NCBI GenBank assembly: GCA_046313635.1
Contig: JBKBYA010000001.1
Coordinates: 96,001 to 160,000, forward strand
DNA from: Pyrinomonadaceae bacterium
GTDB taxonomy: Bacteria > Acidobacteriota > Blastocatellia > Pyrinomonadales > Pyrinomonadaceae
Direction of reading: 5' to 3'
DNA: 64,000 nt
Made by a program: the position numbers and the translations under genes
Notes under the pieces: generated by a model
Told to the model about the DNA's origin: nothing
The model's database searches: none
The model's input: only the letters and a program-made list of their open reading frames with translations
Shown: positions 58,306 through 64,000 of the stretch, one piece after another
Numbering within the stretch: position 1 is the first letter of the stretch
Layout: every line of letters starts with the position of its first letter

Positions 58306-58562
58306 GGCACCGGGGCTACGCAGAAGTTCTGGCGCTCATACAGTCACTCCCAGGCGATGTTCAAAAATTGGCGGATAAAAGTTTTGAACTTTTGAAACAA
58401 GATCCTCACCATCCGTCGATCCATTGCAAAAAGATAGGGCGGTTCCGGTCGGCACGTATCGGACGGCAATATCGAGCGCTTGCAGTCGAAAGCGGCGACG
58501 ATCCGGTTTGGTTCTGGATCGGTCATCATTCGCAGTACGACCAGCTTATCGGCGGCCGGTAG
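58302..58562 (+). CDS. Putative RelE/ParE-like toxin
   Basis: ADKSFELLKQDPHHPSIH.KK, SARIG..YRALA, WFWIG.H..YD. Confidence 0.75.
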   Translation: MRHRGYAEVLALIQSLPGDVQKLADKSFELLKQDPHHPSIHCKKIGRFRSARIGRQYRALAVESGDDPVWFWIGHHSQYDQLIGGR

Positions 58563-58601
58563 TGACGGCGGCAGAGCGTCTCAACACGCGTATCAAACAC
58601 G

Positions 58602-58817
58602 ATGAGTGCAATGATCGACACTGATTCATACTCGCCCCGGAATCTGATCGGTCTCGCGTCAGTGTGTTCTTTGTCGACGAGCTTTGTTCTTCTCGTCCTG
58701 TTCTATTCCCTGAGCGACGATCTGACGCTGCCGTTCCTGTTTGTGTCGCTGTGGTCGGCGGCGGCGCACTTTCTGGCTGCGCTCGTGGAAGCTACCACCA
58801 CTATCGAACTCAAATAA
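58602..58817 (+). CDS. Possible small 2-TM protein
   Basis: Two hydrophobic segments; fills an intergenic gap. Confidence 0.45.
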   Translation: MSAMIDTDSYSPRNLIGLASVCSLSTSFVLLVLFYSLSDDLTLPFLFVSLWSAAAHFLAALVEATTTIELK

Positions 58818-58849
58818 AGCGCTTTGCAGATCGGTCCGCAGAGGCCGGC

Positions 58850-60157
58850 TCACCGCTTGGGCGTGATCTTCCACAGCTCTCCGTCGCGCTCGTCCGTAAC
58901 GACGTAAAGCGCGCCGTCCGGCCCCTGCCGCACGTCGCGGATGCGTCGGCCGCGGTCGGTCAGCAGATGCTCTTCGCCGATCACGCGTCCGTCTTTCAGG
59001 ACAAGACGCACAAGCCTCTTCGAAGCGAGTCCTCCGATAAACACATTCCCTCGCCAGGCCGGAAAAGCGTTCCCTGTGTAGAACTGCATTCCCGACGGGG
59101 CGATCACCGGGTCCCAATAATAAACAGGGTCGACGTAGCCTTCGCGGCGTGTGGCCGCGCCCGGGATGGCCTCGCCCGAGTATTCTTCGCCAAAAGACTG
59201 CACCGGCCAGCCGTAGTTCTTGCCCTTTTCGATCAGGTTAAGCTCGTCGCCGCCGCGCGGCCCGTGCTCGACCGTCCATAGGCGCCCATTCTCGTCAAAG
59301 GCGGCCGACTGGATGTTGCGGTGGCCGAGCGCCCAGATCTCAGGCAGCGCGCCTGCCTGCTTGGCGAAGGGATTGTCCGCCGGCGCCGTGCCGTCCGGAT
59401 CGATGCGTATGATCTTGCCGAGATGATTGTCCAGCTGCTGCACGCGCGGGCGATTGGGCCGGTCAAAGCGGTCGCCGAGCGTGATGTACAGCTTGCCGTC
59501 GGGGCCGAACGCGAGCCGTGAACCGAAGTGCAAACCGTTGTCGTATGTCGGCATCGCGCGAAAGACGATGCGGACGTTCTCGAGATTTCGCCGGTCTTCG
59601 CTCAAACGCCCGCGTGCGACGCTCGTCCCGCTGCCGCCCTCGCGCTGCTCCGAAAAGCTCCAAAAGATCGTGCGGTCCTTGGCAAAATTTGGGCTGAGCG
59701 CGACGTCGAGAAGCCCGCCCTGCCCCCGCGCCGTGATCGGCGGCAGGCCGCCCTGCGAACTAGCGCTCGAGACCCCGCCCTGCGCGGCCGCCGGCAGCAG
59801 CCCGCCGATCGGCTGGCCGATCACGCCGTTTGCCGAGACGATGCGCAAATTTCCGGGTTTTTCGGTGACCAGAAAGTCGCCGTTCGGCAGCGGTTCGACG
59901 GCCCACGGCCGGTCGAGTCCCTTTGCGATAACGGTGACGTCAAACGCGACCTCAGACGTGACCGCGCAGACGCGGGTTTGTCCTGGAAAGGACGGTTGCT
60001 GACTCGCGGCATTCGGCTCCGCGGTCTCGACCGGCCGGCACGCTTGCGGCGTCGAGGCCGTGCTCGCCGGCTTTGGCGTTCGGGGATTCTGCGCGCAGGC
60101 GGCGCCCGCGCTCAAGGACAATACTGCGAAGAGAGAGGCCGTTCGAACTTTTTTCAT
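58850..60157 (-). CDS. PQQ-dependent sugar dehydrogenase (YliI/Asd-like)
   Basis: GQGGLLDVAL, HFGSRL, GHRN.Q, EHGPRGGDELN, IAPSG. Confidence 0.92.
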   Translation of the reverse strand: MKKVRTASLFAVLSLSAGAACAQNPRTPKPASTASTPQACRPVETAEPNAASQQPSFPGQTRVCAVTSEVAFDVTVIAKGLDRPWAVEPLPNGDFLVTEKPGNLRIVSANGVIGQPIGGLLPAAAQGGVSSASSQGGLPPITARGQGGLLDVALSPNFAKDRTIFWSFSEQREGGSGTSVARGRLSEDRRNLENVRIVFRAMPTYDNGLHFGSRLAFGPDGKLYITLGDRFDRPNRPRVQQLDNHLGKIIRIDPDGTAPADNPFAKQAGALPEIWALGHRNIQSAAFDENGRLWTVEHGPRGGDELNLIEKGKNYGWPVQSFGEEYSGEAIPGAATRREGYVDPVYYWDPVIAPSGMQFYTGNAFPAWRGNVFIGGLASKRLVRLVLKDGRVIGEEHLLTDRGRRIRDVRQGPDGALYVVTDERDGELWKITPKR

Positions 60158-60379
60158 AAATAAACCCGCATTTCAAAGGCTCGCGCGGCCATCCGCACAA
60201 AGACCGGGCCGCTGATGCAATTATCCACCATCGACGCCAAACCCGGAACCGCCTCGGATCTATCGCGGCCGCCGCCCGTTGCCGTTTGGACAAAACGGGT
60301 GCATATTCGTCTCGAAAACGCGCCGCGATCGCATGCCGTCTGCGGGGCGCTCCTACGATCAAGATCCAGAGGAGAAAAT

Positions 60380-60925
60380 ATGAAGACCAAGATCACATTG
60401 CTTTTTGCAGCCGCGATGCTGCTTGCCGCGGCCTGCAATCAGGCGAGCGCGCCCGGCAAGCCCGAATCGGCAAAGGCCGATAACTCCAGCCCAGTAAAGA
60501 GTGACGCCGCCAAGCCCTCGGTCGATCGTGCCGCGGAGGAAAAAGCGATCCGCGAAGCAGACATCGCCTGGTCAAACGCGACGGGGAAAAAAGATGTCGA
60601 GGCGGCGATGGCCTTTATCGCCGACGATGCCGTAATGCTGCCGCCGAACGCCCCGATGCTGAGCGGCAAAGAGGCCGTCAAAAAAGAGTGGAACAACATG
60701 ATGGCCCTCAACGACCTGTCGATCAAATGGGAGCCGACCAAGGTGCAGGTCGCCGAGAGCGGAGATATCGGCTACACGATCGGCACCTACGAGATGTCTT
60801 TCACCGACCCCAAGGCCGGCAAGGTAAACGATAAGGGCAAGTACGTCGAGATCTGGAAAAAGGTGAACGGCAAATGGGTATGTCAGTACGATATGTACAA
60901 CTCCGACATTCCGGCCGCCAAGTGA
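60380..60925 (+). CDS. DUF4440/NTF2-like lipoprotein
   Basis: LAAAC lipobox; SGDIGYT.G.Y, GKYVEIWKK. Confidence 0.85.
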   Translation: MKTKITLLFAAAMLLAAACNQASAPGKPESAKADNSSPVKSDAAKPSVDRAAEEKAIREADIAWSNATGKKDVEAAMAFIADDAVMLPPNAPMLSGKEAVKKEWNNMMALNDLSIKWEPTKVQVAESGDIGYTIGTYEMSFTDPKAGKVNDKGKYVEIWKKVNGKWVCQYDMYNSDIPAAK

Positions 60926-60935
60926 ACCGTGACCT

Positions 60936-61331
60936 ATGACGACGGAAACGCGACGAATAGATCCTTCAAGCGTTGACGAGTACATCGCCGCGTTTCCGCC
61001 TGCTGTCCAAACGATGCTGCTCGAGCTTCGCCGCACGATCACGCTGGCGGCGCCGGCGGCGGCTGTAGAGACGATCAGCTACAAGATCCCGGCATTCAAA
61101 TTGAGCGGCAAGCCGCTCGTATACTTTGCCGCGTACCGCGATCACGTCAGCATCTACCCGGCGCCGCGCAGCGCGCCGGAATTTGAGAAAGAGCTCGCCC
61201 GGTACAAAGGCGGCAAGGGGACGGTGCAATTCCCGCTCGACAAAAGGCTGCCGCTCGACCTCGTCCGCCGCATCGTCAGATATCGCGCCGGGCTCGTCGC
61301 TAAATCGAAAACCAAAGGAGGCTCCGAATGA
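60936..61331 (+). CDS. DUF1801 / YdhG-like protein
   Basis: VDEYIA, ISYKIPAF, KGTVQFP. Confidence 0.85.
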   Translation: MTTETRRIDPSSVDEYIAAFPPAVQTMLLELRRTITLAAPAAAVETISYKIPAFKLSGKPLVYFAAYRDHVSIYPAPRSAPEFEKELARYKGGKGTVQFPLDKRLPLDLVRRIVRYRAGLVAKSKTKGGSE

Positions 61332-61663
61332 TCGGCAGCTACAATGAATTCTGGGACTTTTACGTGCAGGAGCATTCGAGGCCGGCGACTCGCGTGCTGC
61401 ATCTCGTCGGCACGACGCTCGGCCTGGCGCTGCTCGTCTGGTTCGTCGCGACCGGCAGGTGGTATTACTTTCCGCTCTTCTTCGTCGTCGGCTACGCGTT
61501 TGCGTGGTTCGCGCACTTCGTTATCGAAAAGAATCGGCCGGCGACGTTCAAGTATCCTGTCTGGTCGTTTATCAGCGACTTCAAAATGATCTGGCTGATG
61601 TTCACCGGACGGATGGGCCGCGAGGTCGAGCGCGTGATGCGCTCGTCACGCGAAGCTGCGTGA
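61328..61663 (+). CDS. DUF962 / Mpo1-like membrane protein
   Basis: FY..EH, LH.VG, AWFAHFVIEKNRPATF. Confidence 0.85.
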   Translation: MIGSYNEFWDFYVQEHSRPATRVLHLVGTTLGLALLVWFVATGRWYYFPLFFVVGYAFAWFAHFVIEKNRPATFKYPVWSFISDFKMIWLMFTGRMGREVERVMRSSREAA

Positions 61664-62644
61664 GACGAGCTCGAGCGCGCGGTCGTAGCGATAAGAGACG
61701 TTGAAGTGCCCGTCGTCAAACTCCTCGCGAATGTGCTCGACGCCGTGAGCGCCGAGCCGCTCTGACAAGATCCTCGCGCCGATGTCGAGAGCAAACTCGT
61801 CACGCGTCCCAGCGTCAAGAAATAAGAGCCTTAACGAGCGAAGCGCGTCGGCATACTTTTTGACCATGCGGACCGGGTCGTGCGCGAGCCATCGCTGCCA
61901 GACTTCCGGTCGCAGCTCGCCGGTGTCGAGATCGAAGGGCAGATCAAATCCGCCGTCGAGAGTCGGCGAGTAGCACGCGCTCATCCCGATGACGTTGAGG
62001 CCCGGGAAGTCGTGCTTGCTCTTTTTCTCGTCGTTCCACATTTTTTCGACCAGGGCCGCCGCGTCGCCCTTTATCGCGCGAAAAGCCTTTGGCAGGTCGG
62101 GCAGGTAGCAGTATTCGAAATACGCGTCGCCGCTGATCGATGCGACGAGACCAAAAACATCCGCGTGCCTCATGCCCATCACGAGAGCGCCGTAGCCGCC
62201 GGAGGATTTGCCCATGACCGCACGCGCGTCGCGCGTCGCAAGCGTGCGAAAGTTCTCGTCGACAAACGGCACGATCTCAGCGGTCAGATGATCTTCGTAC
62301 CGGCCGGTCGCCGTCGAGTTTATGTACTGCGAGCCGCCGTAGTACGTGAAGCAGTCGGGCAGCACGGCGATCATCGGCCGGATCGTGCCCGCGGCGATCA
62401 GGCGGTCCAAACGCTCGGGAAATGTCGGGGCAAATGCGCTGTCGTTCAGCATCATCCGCCCGCGGCCCGTAAAGCCCGAGAGAACGTAAACGACCGGCAG
62501 CCGATCGTCGCCGCTCTCGTAGCCCGGCGGCGTGTAAACGATCACCTCGCGCTCGTGCGGATCGCCGAGCGGATTGCCCCTGAGAACCTCGCTCTCGTGC
62601 CGGAGAAAATGGACTTTTCCTTGCGGATAACTTTCGCGGATCAT
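61646..62644 (-). CDS. Alpha/beta-hydrolase esterase (enterochelin esterase-like)
   Basis: GKSSGG nucleophile motif, D and H near C-terminus. Confidence 0.88.
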   Translation of the reverse strand: MIRESYPQGKVHFLRHESEVLRGNPLGDPHEREVIVYTPPGYESGDDRLPVVYVLSGFTGRGRMMLNDSAFAPTFPERLDRLIAAGTIRPMIAVLPDCFTYYGGSQYINSTATGRYEDHLTAEIVPFVDENFRTLATRDARAVMGKSSGGYGALVMGMRHADVFGLVASISGDAYFEYCYLPDLPKAFRAIKGDAAALVEKMWNDEKKSKHDFPGLNVIGMSACYSPTLDGGFDLPFDLDTGELRPEVWQRWLAHDPVRMVKKYADALRSLRLLFLDAGTRDEFALDIGARILSERLGAHGVEHIREEFDDGHFNVSYRYDRALELVSRSFA

Positions 62645-62646
62645 AT

Positions 62647-62832
62647 AGTCAGTGGTCAGTGGTCAGTGGTCGGAGGTCGGAGGTCGGTTGTCAGTATGCC
62701 TTGAGCGTCTCAACGAAACAATTTCGAGAGTCGCCAACTGCCGACGATAAATCATCCGATAACCAAAAACCAAAAACCAAAAACCAAAAACGAACAACGA
62801 ACAACGAACAACGACCGACCACCGATAACCGC
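62647..62832. repeat. Inverted heptamer-repeat element between divergent genes
   Basis: (GGTCAGT/GGTCGGA)n left; (ACCAAAA)n,(ACGAACA)n,(ACCGACC) right. Confidence 0.85.
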
Positions 62833-62834
62833 TC

Positions 62835-63473
62835 ATGTCTTCTAACGATCTCGTAAATATCAACCCGAACGCGCTCAACTCGACGATCGAGTTTCTGACC
62901 GCGATGGTCACGCCGACGTTGCTGATCTCGGCGACGGGCTCGCTCGTGCTTTCGACATCGACGCGCCTGGGGCGTGTCGTCGACCGCGTCCGCGATCTCG
63001 AGAAGCGGCTCGGCGAGCTGATCTACGTCGAGGACAAATCCGAGGTGCCGCTCTACGACCAGCGGGTCGAGGTGATCGTCGATCTGCTCGACAAGGTCAC
63101 GAGCCGCTCGCGCATACTGCAGCGTGCGATGGCGGCGTTCTATTACGGTCTCGGATTTTTTATCCTGACGAGCGTCGCGATCGCGATGGGCGGGCTCTTT
63201 AATATTCTCGCATTCAGATGGCTGCCGATACCGATCGGTGTGGTGGGGATCGTCTTTCTGTTCTACGGCAGCCTGCTGATGCTCAAAGAGACGCGAATGG
63301 CGACGGCGACGGTCAACGCCGAGATGGATTTTACGTGGGAGCTCGCACGCCGCGTCGCACCGAAAGAGATCGCGAGCAAATACGATCGCAAGGGAAAGCT
63401 CGGCGGCCTCAATACCGCAAAGCGTAAGGACAAAGATGGACCCAGGGTATCTAACACTCTTGGCGGCGAATGA
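62835..63473 (+). CDS. DUF2721-like membrane protein
   Basis: AMVTP.LLISA.G.L, RLGRVVDRVR; 3 TM. Confidence 0.75.
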   Translation: MSSNDLVNINPNALNSTIEFLTAMVTPTLLISATGSLVLSTSTRLGRVVDRVRDLEKRLGELIYVEDKSEVPLYDQRVEVIVDLLDKVTSRSRILQRAMAAFYYGLGFFILTSVAIAMGGLFNILAFRWLPIPIGVVGIVFLFYGSLLMLKETRMATATVNAEMDFTWELARRVAPKEIASKYDRKGKLGGLNTAKRKDKDGPRVSNTLGGE

Positions 63474-64000
63474 GCTGCACGCGCGTGTCCGTGCGCTCGA
63501 GTCGCTCCTCGCGGCGTGCACCGTTTGCCCCAAAGACTGCGGCAACGATCGTCTAAGTGACGAGATCGCGGCGTGCTATTCCGGACGTTTGCCGATCGTC
63601 TCGTCGTACACGGCGCACTTTGGCGAGGAGCCGTGCCTGTCTGGCACCGGCGGCGCGGGCAATATCTTTTTCGGCAACTGCAATCTTCGCTGCGTGTACT
63701 GCCAGAATTACCAGATCTCGCAGACGTGGCGCGAGCAGCGAAAGAACGAAGTTACGCACGAACGCCTCGCCGAGATGATGCTCGAGCTGCAGGCGAAAGG
63801 CTGTCACAACATCGGCTTTGTCTCGCCCACGCACTTCGCACCGCAGATGGCCCGGGCGATCCTGATCGCCGCCGAAAAAGGCCTGCGGCTGCCGATCGTC
63901 TATAACACCAACGCGTACGACTCGGTCGAGGTGTTGCGGCTGCTCGACGGCATCGTCGACGTTTATCTGCCCGATCTGAAGTACGCCGACTCGGACGCGG
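63436..64000 (+). CDS. PflX-like radical SAM protein (runs off window end; not in ORF track)
   Basis: MDPGYL...CTVCPKDC, HFGEEPCLSG, IFFGNCNLRCVYCQN, YNTNAY, YLPDLKY. Confidence 0.88.
   Translation, partial: MDPGYLTLLAANELHARVRALESLLAACTVCPKDCGNDRLSDEIAACYSGRLPIVSSYTAHFGEEPCLSGTGGAGNIFFGNCNLRCVYCQNYQISQTWREQRKNEVTHERLAEMMLELQAKGCHNIGFVSPTHFAPQMARAILIAAEKGLRLPIVYNTNAYDSVEVLRLLDGIVDVYLPDLKYADSDA

Overview
GC-rich bacterial chromosome segment containing the replication origin. The lineage is probably Acidobacteria (Blastocatellia-like), inferred from protein style and gene content, not from a search. Core genes: yidC-yidD-rnpA-rpmH, purN/purM, dnaA-oriC-dnaN, topA, dprA, tRNA-Sec, nadK, mqnA/mqnC, an ars cluster (arsR/arsM/acr3/arsC), transporters, peptidases and many small hypothetical genes. 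Main oddities: (1) a 42-bp-phased array of eight ATGTATC-N8-GATACAT palindromes directly upstream of an uncharacterised 235-aa gene, in an accessory island after dnaN; (2) about a dozen inverted heptamer-repeat hairpin elements, one enclosing a four-helix-bundle gene at the tRNA-Sec 3' end and two translated in frame inside dnaN and mqnA; (3) rnpA has no usable canonical start except one upstream of rpmH, implying a Thermus-like gene-within-gene overlap; (4) a variant DnaA box (NTTTCCACA); (5) an ars operon with two uncharacterised Cys-rich members and three operator copies. All annotations come from reading motifs by eye; no database searches were run.
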